Shown here: piece by piece, positions 11,205 through 21,808 of the stretch
How positions within the stretch are numbered: the first letter of the stretch is position 1
Layout: every line of letters begins with the position of its first letter
Assembly (NCBI GenBank): GCA_037305845.1
Contig: CP147778.1
Coordinates: 1,280,001 to 1,344,000 of the forward strand
Reading direction: 5' to 3'
DNA: 64,000 bases
From: Candidatus Freyarchaeum deiterrae
GTDB lineage: Archaea; Asgardarchaeota; Jordiarchaeia; Jordiarchaeales; Jordiarchaeaceae
Notes under the pieces: generated by a model
Databases searched by the model: none
Seen by the model: the letters and a program-made list of their open reading frames with translations, nothing else
What the model was told of the DNA's origin: nothing
Translations under genes and position numbers: made by a program

Positions 11205-12385
11205 AAATCCTCCAAGTAGTTTCAAGCTTCCCACCAGCATATGCATATGGGGGGGCTGCTAGAGCAGCTTATGATATTTCAAAAACTTTAATAAAAGCAG
11301 GTCATGAAGTTACTGTATATACCACGGATGTGTATGATGTACACTCGCGTTTTAAATACGATAAAGACCCAATTTGGATGAACGGCATTAAGGTTCATCA
11401 CTTTAAAAATTTGAATAATAAACTTGCTTATAAAAACTTGCCCATCGCTCCAACAATGGCATTTGCCTTAAATAAAAATATTAAAAATTTTGATATAGTT
11501 CATTTACACGAATATCGAACTTTCCAAGGAAACCTCGTCCACTATTATGCAAAAAAATATGATGTCCCTTATATTTTGCATGCTAACGGTTCAATACCTA
11601 AGGTTGAAAAGATGGTTAGAAAGTGGCTTTATGACACACTTTTTGGATATAAAATCTTGAAGAATGCATCGAAGTTGATAGCTCTGTCGAGAACCGAAGC
11701 TGAGCAGTTTAAGGAATTTGGTATACAAGAAGATAAAATAGCGATAATACCCCACGGCATAGATCTCTCACAATATAAAAAATTGACGCCTAAGGGAACC
11801 TTCAAGAAAAAGTATGGAATAGAAAATAGCGGTAAAAAAATAATACTTTACTTAGGTAGAATCCATAGGACAAAGGGAATAGACTTTCTGTTAAAGGCTT
11901 ACGCCTACCTGATTAAAAATATGAAATATAAAGATGCTTTATTAGTGATAGCTGGACCAGACGATGGATACTTGAACGATGCAAAGCAACTAGTAACCTC
12001 TCTAAAAGTTGCCGATGAAGTAGTGTTTACTAGAATGTTGTTGGGAGAGGAAAAAATCGGAGCTTATGTGGACTCAAGTGTGGTGGTTAATGTAGAGCCG
12101 AGCAATGTGTTCGGCTTGGTTCCTCTAGAAGCGGCGGCATGCTCAACACCTGTAATAGTCAGCAGAGATAACGCTATTAGTGGGGTGGTTCATCAAGGAG
12201 AGTTTGGTTTTTCAGTGAAACATGGTGACATCAATGAGCTTGCTGGGATTATAAGGGAAATGCTTAGAAATGACGATTTGTTGAGAGAGTTGGGTCAAAG
12301 AGGTCGTAAGTTTGTATTTGAAAACTACGGCTGGGCTAATATTGTAAACAAGTTGGAAAAGGTTTACGAGGAACTTGCCAGATAG
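11201..12385 (+). CDS. GT4 glycosyltransferase
   Basis: MKILQV..FPPAYAYGG, YLGRIHRTKGID, IAGPDDG, FGLVPLEAAACSTPVI. Confidence 0.92.
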   Translation: MKILQVVSSFPPAYAYGGAARAAYDISKTLIKAGHEVTVYTTDVYDVHSRFKYDKDPIWMNGIKVHHFKNLNNKLAYKNLPIAPTMAFALNKNIKNFDIVHLHEYRTFQGNLVHYYAKKYDVPYILHANGSIPKVEKMVRKWLYDTLFGYKILKNASKLIALSRTEAEQFKEFGIQEDKIAIIPHGIDLSQYKKLTPKGTFKKKYGIENSGKKIILYLGRIHRTKGIDFLLKAYAYLIKNMKYKDALLVIAGPDDGYLNDAKQLVTSLKVADEVVFTRMLLGEEKIGAYVDSSVVVNVEPSNVFGLVPLEAAACSTPVIVSRDNAISGVVHQGEFGFSVKHGDINELAGIIREMLRNDDLLRELGQRGRKFVFENYGWANIVNKLEKVYEELAR

Positions 12386-12675
12386 GGTAGTCCAAAATCA
12401 ATTTCTGCTGATGATACCACAAAAGAAAATTTGCCATTTCCCAAAAAAAATTTCATAGTTTTATTAATTGATATACTTGAACTCTTCCACAATCCTTCTT
12501 TTACGCTGAAAGAAATTTCATGTGTTCTAAATAGCCCCAGGCTCCTAGTAATTAGAAACCCTAATTGCGCCAAAACGCTTTCGAAAAAGTTTTTCAGAGA
12601 AAATACAATTTAGAAAACGAGAAGATTATTATATCTTGTGAGAATCACTAATAGAAAAGAAAGTTTTTTTATTAT

Positions 12676-13740
12676 CTAAAGATTATTCTTGAAGAGTTCA
12701 ATGTTTGCTTTCAACCATTCAACCATTTTAGAGACCCCTTCCTTGGGACTTATTTTTACTTCCCAACCAAGTTTTTTTCTCACCTTTCTTATATCCGAAA
12801 CATACACCTTCTGATCGCTGGGTCTCCAGTCGGAATATTCTATCTTGGTTCTTTTTCCTGTTACTTCTTCCAATAACTCCAATAATTCCAAAAGTGATAG
12901 TGTATTTTTATGTCCGCCTCCTATGTTAAATACCTCCTGCTTTAAATTACTTTTTATGAAAAGTTCGTATGCTTTTATTAAATCATCAACATAGAGGATG
13001 TCTCTTACCTGACTTCCATCTCCATAAATCGTTATAGGTTTTCCTAATAATGTCGCAATAGCAAACCAGGCAACCCACCCTTGATCTTCCACACCAAACT
13101 GTCTAGTTCCATAAATACAACTCATTCTGAAAACTCCAGTTTTCAAATCATAAATGTGACTGTAATCTTGAACGTAAATGTCTCCAGCGAGTTTAGATGA
13201 ACCGTAGGGGGTGTGCTCGCAGAGATCAATTGAAAAATCTTCTGGAACTCCCTTCTCAAATTTCTCATCTTCAAATTCGTATCTTTTACCTTTTTTACCG
13301 ACTGGAATTTTATTTACGTTGCTTCCATACACCTTATTGGTTGAGCAATAAATTAGATGTGGATCATTGGCGCTTTGTCTTGCGGCTTCTAAAACATTAA
13401 AAGTTCCAAGAGCATTTATCTCAAAATCCTGATTCGGATCCTTCAGGGAAGTTGTGACAGCAACTTGAGCAGCAGTATGAATTATAATGTCCACATCTTT
13501 ACAAACAATTTTCAAAGCTTTTAAATCTCTTATATCCTTTTTAATGAATTCCAAATTATTCAAATTTTTGAGAAAGTTCAAGTTGTAACTTTGGTTAATT
13601 TCCTTCCCTAAAATTTTCCCTCTTTCCAAATTATCGAATGCAATAACTTTACAACCCATTTTCGTGAAATGTTCACATACATGCGAACCTATGAAACCAG
13701 CGCCCCCTGTAACTAAAATATTTTTATCACGAAGTTCCAT
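12676..13740 (-). CDS. rfbE: CDP-paratose 2-epimerase (tyvelose epimerase)-like SDR
   Basis: TGGAGFIGS, AAQVAVTTS, STNKVYG, TPYGSSK, RMSCIYGTRQFGVEDQGWVAWF, WRPSDQKVYVSD. Confidence 0.8.
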   Translation of the reverse strand: MELRDKNILVTGGAGFIGSHVCEHFTKMGCKVIAFDNLERGKILGKEINQSYNLNFLKNLNNLEFIKKDIRDLKALKIVCKDVDIIIHTAAQVAVTTSLKDPNQDFEINALGTFNVLEAARQSANDPHLIYCSTNKVYGSNVNKIPVGKKGKRYEFEDEKFEKGVPEDFSIDLCEHTPYGSSKLAGDIYVQDYSHIYDLKTGVFRMSCIYGTRQFGVEDQGWVAWFAIATLLGKPITIYGDGSQVRDILYVDDLIKAYELFIKSNLKQEVFNIGGGHKNTLSLLELLELLEEVTGKRTKIEYSDWRPSDQKVYVSDIRKVRKKLGWEVKISPKEGVSKMVEWLKANIELFKNNL

Positions 13741-14011
13741 GTTTCAAACCTCTTCAATTTCTTATATTATCTCACAAACTATTGCATGAAATAATCTTTT
13801 AAACGCATTAGTTTGTCACTTCCTTTCACACTCGCCTTTGAAAAGCTTTTTTCTTTTCATTAAAAATCGGATTATCAGACTTGTTCAAACCCTATTCACA
13901 GCATGTTATTTTTCAATAAATTAAGTGAATTCAAGCTTCGTCCTTTTTTATGGGAGACTGCTCTTTCGTAAGCTTGAAATTTGACGTGTTTTCATTCTCC
14001 ACTGGGACCTT

Positions 14012-15157
14012 TTATACCTCTTTCTGAACTACTTTTTCTATTAATTTGTTGTACTTTTGCCCGATTATCTTCCAATCAAATTTTTTAGCACGCTCTCTGG
14101 CGTTTTTACCCATTTCCTCCATTTTTTCTGGGTCAAGAAGCAGCTTGGTAATTTTTTCCCCTAATTCTCTGGAATTCATTGGTTCCACACGATACCCACT
14201 TACGCCATCCTCAATCGTGTCCCGCATCCCACCAACGTTGGTTCCGACCACGGGTTTCCTACACGCCATGGCTTCCAGCACAGCTATACCAAATGGTTCG
14301 GTAATACTTGGCTGAACGTAGATGTCGCATTGTGAGTAGAGCTCTGGCATCTGACGGTTTGGAATCGCCTTATCAATAAAGCTGACAACGCTACCCAACT
14401 GTAGCTTATTAACAAGTGTTCCAAGCTTTTCTCTTTCCGAACCCTTACCCAAAATATAGCATTTGACACCAGAAACCCTCTTGGAAACATACACCATTGC
14501 TTCAATTAGATATCTTAATCCCTTGACCGGGGTAGCACGAGCAACAGTTAGTATCTTAAACTTTCCCTCAAGTAGATTTAACTTTTCAACTTTTTTGGGC
14601 TGGAATAATTGTGTGTCAACCCCTACATGTATCACTTCAACACCCCTTCGAACCCCCAACTCATTGATCCAGAATTCCTTAGCGGCTGTGCAATGAGCAG
14701 TAATAGCGTTAACACCTTCTCGCAGTTTCTTGTTTGTAGCCAAATCATATACCTTGTAAATATTTCGAACAAAAAAATTTTTATTCCAAGTGATGTGTTC
14801 AGACGATACAGTAGTCGGAATCCCTTTCTTCTTGCACTCGTGAAAAGCCTTGTGGCAAATAAAGGGGTAGTCCTCTTGTAACAATACCACATCACTTTCT
14901 TTCACATATTCTGATATTCCGTAAACAAAAGGGTTTGTTTCCCAGAATATATCTATTAAATTTGGAACATAATTTACTTCAAAGTTTTGTGGAACGGATT
15001 CTTTAAATGTTTTCGTATCCATTAACTCACGTCCGGATTTTACACTCGTGGTAATAATGTTAACCCTATGACCCAAATCCACTAGGCTCTTAGCAAGCCC
15101 GAATTCGTTACTCCGAACAAACAATGGAAAGCTTGGAACCACAATGGAAATATTCAT
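14012..15157 (-). CDS. GT4 glycosyltransferase (paralogue A)
   Basis: VARATPVKGLRYLI, QPSITEPFGIAVLEAMAC; close paralogue of 45160-46305. Confidence 0.92.
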   Translation of the reverse strand: MNISIVVPSFPLFVRSNEFGLAKSLVDLGHRVNIITTSVKSGRELMDTKTFKESVPQNFEVNYVPNLIDIFWETNPFVYGISEYVKESDVVLLQEDYPFICHKAFHECKKKGIPTTVSSEHITWNKNFFVRNIYKVYDLATNKKLREGVNAITAHCTAAKEFWINELGVRRGVEVIHVGVDTQLFQPKKVEKLNLLEGKFKILTVARATPVKGLRYLIEAMVYVSKRVSGVKCYILGKGSEREKLGTLVNKLQLGSVVSFIDKAIPNRQMPELYSQCDIYVQPSITEPFGIAVLEAMACRKPVVGTNVGGMRDTIEDGVSGYRVEPMNSRELGEKITKLLLDPEKMEEMGKNARERAKKFDWKIIGQKYNKLIEKVVQKEV

Positions 15158-15394
15158 TCAAATCTCTCCGTGTAATGCTCAGTTTCTGATTTATCAATGA
15201 CCGTAATTATTGAGTTGTATATATTAGTTTTTAGGCACATATTTAGCCCTTTTTTGTCTTTGTTAGCCTTGGACCGAAAATTTAAGCACTATTTGCAATA
15301 TTATTGCAAGAGACCGAAAATTATTTAATTCGAAAACAGCATACGTCTCCCGCAATCTTTCAAGTTAGATAAAAAAAGGCCATCGGAGATTCTT

Positions 15395-17083
15395 ATGGAA
15401 CGCAAATATCTTTTGTTATCTTTTCTGGTTCCTCTGTTTATCAGGGTTGTTCCAGAAGTCATTGCTTATCCATGGCTGATTGGCTACGATACTCTAGTCT
15501 TGTACGCGCCCTACCTATACTATTTTCAGATTTATGGCTTTTCTTTAGCTTTCTATTATACCTTTATTATGTATCACGTTACCCCTCTGCTTTATACTTT
15601 TGTTGGTGGTTTGGGTATTTTGACCGGGGCGAATCCGGTTCTGATATTGCAGGTTGTTGCTCCCATTCTCACCGGCTTTTTGGGGTTCTCGATTTATTAC
15701 TTTTTGACCGGTTATTTGGACTGGAGCGATAAGAGAAGCTTGTTCTGCGTGATTCTCAGCGTGTCATACTTTGTAGCCCTCAGGATATCCTGGGACCTGC
15801 TTAGAAACACGTTGGGACTTGCCTTCCTATTTCTCGCAGTTTCCCAGACTAAAAGTTTAGGTGAGAGAAGGAAAAGCCTTCTTTTCATAATCTTCTCCCT
15901 ACTCTGTACACTCACTCACGAAGGGGTGGCAATCATACTTTTCTTTGTAATTGCTTATCTTCTTCTTTTAGAGGTGTTTCCCTCTCTTAGCGTTTCTGGG
16001 ATTTTAAACAGTTTCAAGTCTCTGAGACGCTCCGATAAAGCCGCTGATTCCGAAACAGCGGAGACTAAGAGGGGGAAGAGTGGAAAATTAAGAACGTTAA
16101 AGCATCCCTCGGGAGACGGAGAACACAAATGGTATCAAAGGTTTTCTGGATCTGATTCTCATCCCTGGATTCTAGCCACGTACACCTTCACAGCGCTATT
16201 AATAGTGTTAATTGAGTTATATTATGCAGGACACTTCACAATTTATACTCCCAGCGACCCCTTTACCCCAAACACGTTTAGTTATTTTGTTGATTACGTC
16301 CCTCAGAATCTCTATTACAATATAAATTTTGGTTATAATGTGTATTCTTCTGTGAGTGCTTTGAGGGTTGATATCTTTTCTCTTTTTTTGGTCTGTTTTC
16401 TGCCTGTACTTCCCTTTGTGGTTTTGGGCTATTTCCGAAACCGCGTCTTGGACTTTATGGTTCTATTTCTTTTGGCGGCCTCTTTTATGCCCGTCGTGCT
16501 GCCCCACTTTGCACTTCTTCTTTGGGATCGTTGGATGCTGATGCTTACGTTTCCCTTCACCATCTACGCCTCTAACTTCCTGCTTCCCAATGAGCAAAAC
16601 TCGATTCTGATCAGGAGGCTGAAAATTTCCAGTAAAACCAGAAGGAAGGTGCTAGTCGTTATGATCCCTGTGCTGCTTTTACTATCGTTTGGGTATATGG
16701 CTTCCGGTGAGCGGGTTTTCCCCTACTTTTTGACTATAACCAATAGTTCATACATTCCACCGGGTATGCAGCGGAATACTATTCCGCTCTCCCAGAACCA
16801 GTATGCGGTGGCGGCCTGTGATTGGTTGGAGTGGAATATGCCTGCTAACTCCTGCCTCATCGTTCACCAAACCTTATATTACTGGGCCCTATCCACGCTC
16901 ACTCCTAGGCCGATGTATGAGTATGATTCTTTTGATTCGGGGTTGCAACTTGCGCTGCTCAATGCGGGTAGGTACAATAGCACCTATGTTCTGACATATT
17001 TCCCCTTTGACCAATACATTTGGAGTAACAATTTTACGCTGGTTTTCAATCTGGGGTTGGTTTATGTTTTTAAGAGTGCTTGA
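15395..17083 (+). CDS. Polytopic membrane protein, probable GT-C fold glycosyltransferase (copy 1)
   Basis: First TM followed by IGYDT acidic motif, about a dozen hydrophobic segments, C-terminal soluble domain (AACDWLEWNMPANS); glycan-locus context. Confidence 0.6.
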   Translation: MERKYLLLSFLVPLFIRVVPEVIAYPWLIGYDTLVLYAPYLYYFQIYGFSLAFYYTFIMYHVTPLLYTFVGGLGILTGANPVLILQVVAPILTGFLGFSIYYFLTGYLDWSDKRSLFCVILSVSYFVALRISWDLLRNTLGLAFLFLAVSQTKSLGERRKSLLFIIFSLLCTLTHEGVAIILFFVIAYLLLLEVFPSLSVSGILNSFKSLRRSDKAADSETAETKRGKSGKLRTLKHPSGDGEHKWYQRFSGSDSHPWILATYTFTALLIVLIELYYAGHFTIYTPSDPFTPNTFSYFVDYVPQNLYYNINFGYNVYSSVSALRVDIFSLFLVCFLPVLPFVVLGYFRNRVLDFMVLFLLAASFMPVVLPHFALLLWDRWMLMLTFPFTIYASNFLLPNEQNSILIRRLKISSKTRRKVLVVMIPVLLLLSFGYMASGERVFPYFLTITNSSYIPPGMQRNTIPLSQNQYAVAACDWLEWNMPANSCLIVHQTLYYWALSTLTPRPMYEYDSFDSGLQLALLNAGRYNSTYVLTYFPFDQYIWSNNFTLVFNLGLVYVFKSA

Positions 17084-17633
17084 TTGATACGCCTAAATTT
17101 TTTGGCTTGCTGACCCTTTCTACGAGACATCAAGCACTGTCCAGCCCTTAGAAGGCAAAAAGTCTTCTCTCTAAAAGTAATCTCCCCAAAATATATCATC
17201 AGGAAATATCCTATAATCTACAATTTTCATTCCAAACCTTTTTCCACCCATTTGCCGTAGAGAGAGAGTCATACTTATCTCTGCAGCGAATATATCTTAA
17301 GTATTTTAGGAAATAAAGCCTCTTCAGGTTTTAGGCAGGTACCCTTGTGAAGACTTTGAGCTTACGCAGTCTTATTCTCTTCCGTCAGGGGGCAGGGTGT
17401 GTGTATTGTAGGGGAAGCGGTTCTAAATATGATCAATTTATTCTTAAGAGTAACCACAGCTGGACAGTTTTCTATATGTGTTCGCACTTAACCTTTCACA
17501 TCAGAAAGCAAACGAAGAATTAGGGCTTAGCTCTTTCTAAAAGTTGAAGAGACAGAAAAATATTTAATTCGGCAACAGCATACGTCTCCCGCAATCTATC
17601 AAGTTCGATAAAAAAAGGCTATCGGAGATCCTT

Positions 17634-19325
17634 ATGGAGCGCAAATATCTTTTGTTATCTTTTCTGGTTCCTCTACTTATCAGGGTTATTCCAGAGGTTA
17701 TTGCATATCCCTGGCCGATTGGCTACGATACAATAGGCTGGTACGCTCCTTTAATATACTATTTTCAGGTTTACGGCTTTTCTTTAGCGTTCTATTATGC
17801 CTTTAATATGTATTACTATGCCCCTCTGTTTTTAGTTTTGGCTGGCGGTTTAGGTATTTTGACCCAGCTCAATCCGGTTCTGATATTGGAGGTTGCTGCT
17901 CCCATTCTCAGCGGTATTTTGGGGTTCTCGATTTATTACTTTTTAACCGATTACTTGGACTGGAGCGGCAAGAGGGGCTTGGCTTGTGTGATTATCAGCT
18001 TATCGTATTTTGTGGCCCTCAGGATATCGTGGGACCTGCTTAGAAATACACTGGGGCTTGCCCTCATATTTCTCGCAGTTTCCCAGACTAAAAATATAGG
18101 TGAGAGAAGGAGAAGCTTTCTTTTCATACTCTTCTCCCTGCTCTGTGCACTCACTCATGAGGTGATTTCAGTTTTACTTTTCTTTGTGATTGTTTATCTT
18201 CTTCTTTTAGAGTTGTTTCCCTCTCTCAGCGTTTCTGGGCTTTTAACCCGTTTCAAGTCTCTGAGACACTCCGACAAAGCCGCTACTTATTCCGAAACAG
18301 CAGAGACTAAGAACGAGAAGAGTAAAAAATTAAAAACGTCAAAGGATTCATCGAGAGACGGAGAATATAAATGGTATCAAAGGTTTTTTGGAAATGATTT
18401 TCATCCTTGGATCATAGCCATGTACACCTTCACAGCGATATTTACAGCGATACTTATGCTATATTACGCGGGATTCTTCCGAATTAATATTCCCAATTAT
18501 CTCTTTAATCAAACAACTGTTGGTCTTTTTGATGATTACGTCCCTCCGAATCTTGGTTATAACTTGGATTTTGGTTATACCGTGTATTCTTCCGTGGGTG
18601 CTTTGAGGGTTGATATCTTTTCTCTTTTTGTGATCTGTTTCCTGCCTGTACTTCCCTTTGCGGTTTTGGGGTATTTCCGAAACCGCGCCTTGGATTTTTT
18701 GACTCTGTTTCTTTTGGCGGCTTCTTTTATGCCCGTGGTATCCCCCCACTTCGCACTGCTTTTTTGGTATCGTTGGATGCTGTTACTTACGTTTCCCTTC
18801 ACCATCTACGCCTCCAACTTCCTGCTTCCCAACGGGCAGAACTCAATTTTAATCCGGAGGCTGAAAATTCCCAGAAAAACCAGAAGGAACATTCTCGTCG
18901 TTATGATCCCTGTGCTGTTTTTAGCATCGACAGTGTACATGGCTTCCGGTGAACAGATTTATCCCTACTTTGCGTTTTTAATTAATAGTCCGTATGTTCC
19001 GGCGGGTATGCAGCGGAATACTATTCCGCTCTCCCAGAACCAGTACGCGGTGGAAGCCTGCGAGTGGCTGGCGTGGAATATGCCTGCCAACTCCTGCCTC
19101 ATCGTTCACAGAAGCCTGTATTACTATGCCCTATCCACCCTCACTCCCAGGCCGATATACCAGTATGACGCTCTTAACTTGGAGTTGCAAACTGCGATGC
19201 TCAATGCGGCGAGGTACAATAGCACCTATGTTTTGACCATTTTCCCAGTTGACTACTACATTGGGAGTTACAATTTTACACTGGTTTTCAATCTGGGGTT
19301 GGTGATGGTTTATAAAAGTGCTTGA
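17634..19325 (+). CDS. Polytopic membrane protein, probable GT-C fold glycosyltransferase (copy 2)
   Basis: Collinear tandem paralogue of 15395-17083. Confidence 0.6.
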   Translation: MERKYLLLSFLVPLLIRVIPEVIAYPWPIGYDTIGWYAPLIYYFQVYGFSLAFYYAFNMYYYAPLFLVLAGGLGILTQLNPVLILEVAAPILSGILGFSIYYFLTDYLDWSGKRGLACVIISLSYFVALRISWDLLRNTLGLALIFLAVSQTKNIGERRRSFLFILFSLLCALTHEVISVLLFFVIVYLLLLELFPSLSVSGLLTRFKSLRHSDKAATYSETAETKNEKSKKLKTSKDSSRDGEYKWYQRFFGNDFHPWIIAMYTFTAIFTAILMLYYAGFFRINIPNYLFNQTTVGLFDDYVPPNLGYNLDFGYTVYSSVGALRVDIFSLFVICFLPVLPFAVLGYFRNRALDFLTLFLLAASFMPVVSPHFALLFWYRWMLLLTFPFTIYASNFLLPNGQNSILIRRLKIPRKTRRNILVVMIPVLFLASTVYMASGEQIYPYFAFLINSPYVPAGMQRNTIPLSQNQYAVEACEWLAWNMPANSCLIVHRSLYYYALSTLTPRPIYQYDALNLELQTAMLNAARYNSTYVLTIFPVDYYIGSYNFTLVFNLGLVMVYKSA

Positions 19326-19630
19326 TTAATACGCCCAAATTTTTAGGCGACCCCAGTTTTTTATTTTTTATAGTTTGAATGCTGTGTAATATTTTTAACA
19401 GTTCTTTCCACTAAAGTGCTATTTAACGATTTCAAACTAGTTTTTCAAGTCGCTAGACCTATCTTTTTATTTAAAAAGAAAATTGGATTGGTTATCTTCT
19501 TAGTGAATTCCAATTTCAAGTGGTTGTTTTCAAAGGTTTTTACGTAAAATACTTATTGCTATGTGTGAATAGGATTTCAATTCTTATGTTATTCGTTTAG
19601 AAACTTTGGATAGCTTTCCTTTTTTGATGT

Positions 19631-20404
19631 TTAGTGAAATAATGAACTTTTGAGAGCGGTTTCGTTTAGGAGCATTTTTATGAATGTTGAGAATTCCTTT
19701 TTTCCCAATTTGGATTTTCCGTGCGCTCTATCTTTGAAAATAATGGGTACTTCCTTGAGATTGAAACCGTTTTCTTTAGCTCTTTTGATCATTTCCACTT
19801 GGAAATCATAGCTGTTACATTTCACATGTGGAAGGATAGCTTCTAGAGTTTCTATACTGTAGGCTCGAAAACCAGAGGTGTTATCCTTTACTCCAAGCCT
19901 GAGTAAAATATCAACGAGCAGGTTTGCGACAAGGCTCACCATTCTCCTAGCGAAATCCCAGCCGATAATCCTTCCGCCGCCCACATACCGCGAGCCTATA
20001 ACCACATCAAAAGCACCATCACATTCTCGGAATATGCGAGGTATGTCTGATGGATTGTGAGAAAAATCAGCATCCATCTCCATAACAACTCTTCCACTAA
20101 CCGCCTTAAACCCTGCCTTATAAGCGTAGCCTAGACCATTCTTCGCCTTTCTTTCCAATATCCGAATATTATCAAATTTTCCCAAGTATTTTTTAACGAC
20201 GCCCGCTGTACCATCGGGACTATTATCATCTACCACAATTATCTCACCGTTTATTCGGTGATTCTGGAAAACACTTTCAATCTCTAGTATCAAAGATCCT
20301 ATGTTTTCAGCTTCGTTGTAAGTGGGAATAACAACGGAAAGTTCTCTCTGATTTTCTTTGTCCCCAGATTTTGGCATATACTCACCCCTGCGTATAACAC
20401 TCAT
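19631..20404 (-). CDS. Polyprenol/dolichol-phosphate mannose synthase (DPM1-like GT2)
   Basis: VIPTYNEAENI, VVDDNSPDGT, EMDADFSHNP, IGSRYVGGG, DNTSGFRAY, FQVEM. Confidence 0.9.
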   Translation of the reverse strand: MSVIRRGEYMPKSGDKENQRELSVVIPTYNEAENIGSLILEIESVFQNHRINGEIIVVDDNSPDGTAGVVKKYLGKFDNIRILERKAKNGLGYAYKAGFKAVSGRVVMEMDADFSHNPSDIPRIFRECDGAFDVVIGSRYVGGGRIIGWDFARRMVSLVANLLVDILLRLGVKDNTSGFRAYSIETLEAILPHVKCNSYDFQVEMIKRAKENGFNLKEVPIIFKDRAHGKSKLGKKEFSTFIKMLLNETALKSSLFH

Positions 20405-20817
20405 AGTTAAACGGGCTCTCCGGAATATTCTCTCTAAAATTAATTGTAATTAAAGTAATTATAATTGGAGCAATTTAAATATTTGGGAAATAAGGAGCTT
20501 AACAAAATTCGAAGCGTATTCTAAAAAAGTCCATTAATTTGGTTGTTTAAAGGAAAATCAGATTTTTGTTAATGGTAGCTCGGTATATTCGTTCCTGAGC
20601 AGCATTATTCCGTTTATTGAAAAAACTATTACAAATCTCCGCTCGAAATAGGTCAGAGATGACTCTAATATAAAATATCGGTTTTGCGAGCACATCGGGG
20701 CGACTGTAAGGCTGGGCGTATTAGAAATCTAATAAATTTTATGTTTTGTTTAGTGAGCCTTTTTTAATTGGTTGGACCTTGTGAGGGGTTTAAGATTATT
20801 CGGCTTATAGGATTTGA

Positions 20818-21627
20818 TTATTTTTGGGGTTTGGTTTTTTCGATTATTTTTCCTTGGGATTTGATTATTTTTTCTTCTAGTTCCTTTTTAGCGTTTTTTA
20901 CGGTTGTGTCAGCGTTTTCTCCTCGTGTTGATAAGTATATCTCTATTGTGACTCTTTTGTCTCGTTGCGGTTGGCTTTTTATCCATACTTGAGGATATTT
21001 TTCTCTCACCTGATCTATTAAGGGTGAGAGATCTGATTCTATCAATTCCTCAATTATGAGGCGTTCTTCCGCATATTTATTTTTGACAGTTTCTTTGAGG
21101 AGTTGGATTAGGTGTTTTTCGAAGAGTGCTTTGACTTCTTGGGGGAATCCTGGTAGGCTTATTATTTTGGTTTCTTTGCATTGCACTAGTGTTGCTGGTG
21201 CTAGTCCGACTGGGTTTAGGAATATTTGGCTGCCTCTGGGCACGTATGCTAGTTTTTTCCTTTCTTCGGTCATTTCTTTGTGTTTTGCTCTTCCCATCTG
21301 ATATATTAGTTCGAATTTCTTTTCCAAGTCGTTTAAGAGTTCTTGGTTTATTTCTAGGGGTTGGTTTAGAGCTTTCGCAAAGGCTTTTAGTGTCATGTCA
21401 TCGTACGTTGAGCCCAAGCCTCCGGTAGTTATTATGAAGTCTGGTTTCCTGCTGATTGCTTCTCTCAGTGTTGACGTTATTGTTTCCAGGTTGTCTGGTA
21501 TTGTGGTTATGCGTGTTACTTCTACGCCCAGTGCGGTTGCTTGGTTGCAGATGTAGTGGCTGTTGGTGTCCTGAATCCTTCCTGCGAGTACCTCGCTTCC
21601 AATTACTATGATTTCTATGGTGGCCAT
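20818..21627 (-). CDS. CinA-like molybdopterin-binding-domain protein (probable ADP-ribose/FAD pyrophosphatase)
   Basis: IIVIGSEVLAGRIQDTNS, TTGGLGSTYDDMT, NPVGLAP, LPGFPQE; likely start ATG 21627. Confidence 0.88.
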   Translation of the reverse strand: MATIEIIVIGSEVLAGRIQDTNSHYICNQATALGVEVTRITTIPDNLETITSTLREAISRKPDFIITTGGLGSTYDDMTLKAFAKALNQPLEINQELLNDLEKKFELIYQMGRAKHKEMTEERKKLAYVPRGSQIFLNPVGLAPATLVQCKETKIISLPGFPQEVKALFEKHLIQLLKETVKNKYAEERLIIEELIESDLSPLIDQVREKYPQVWIKSQPQRDKRVTIEIYLSTRGENADTTVKNAKKELEEKIIKSQGKIIEKTKPQK

Positions 21628-21808
21628 TTTTTTAACCCGTAATTGTTTTTTTATGAATTTTGCATTCCAAAATACTAAAACTTTTGTCCCAAACAATTTA
21701 TTCATTGCTCTTGCAGAAGGAGACTTCCTCCTATAGGGTGAAACTGTTGAAAGAGGAAGAAGAAGAATGGATTTTATTTTGAGGTTATTTGTTTTTGTGA
21801 TTGTGGAT

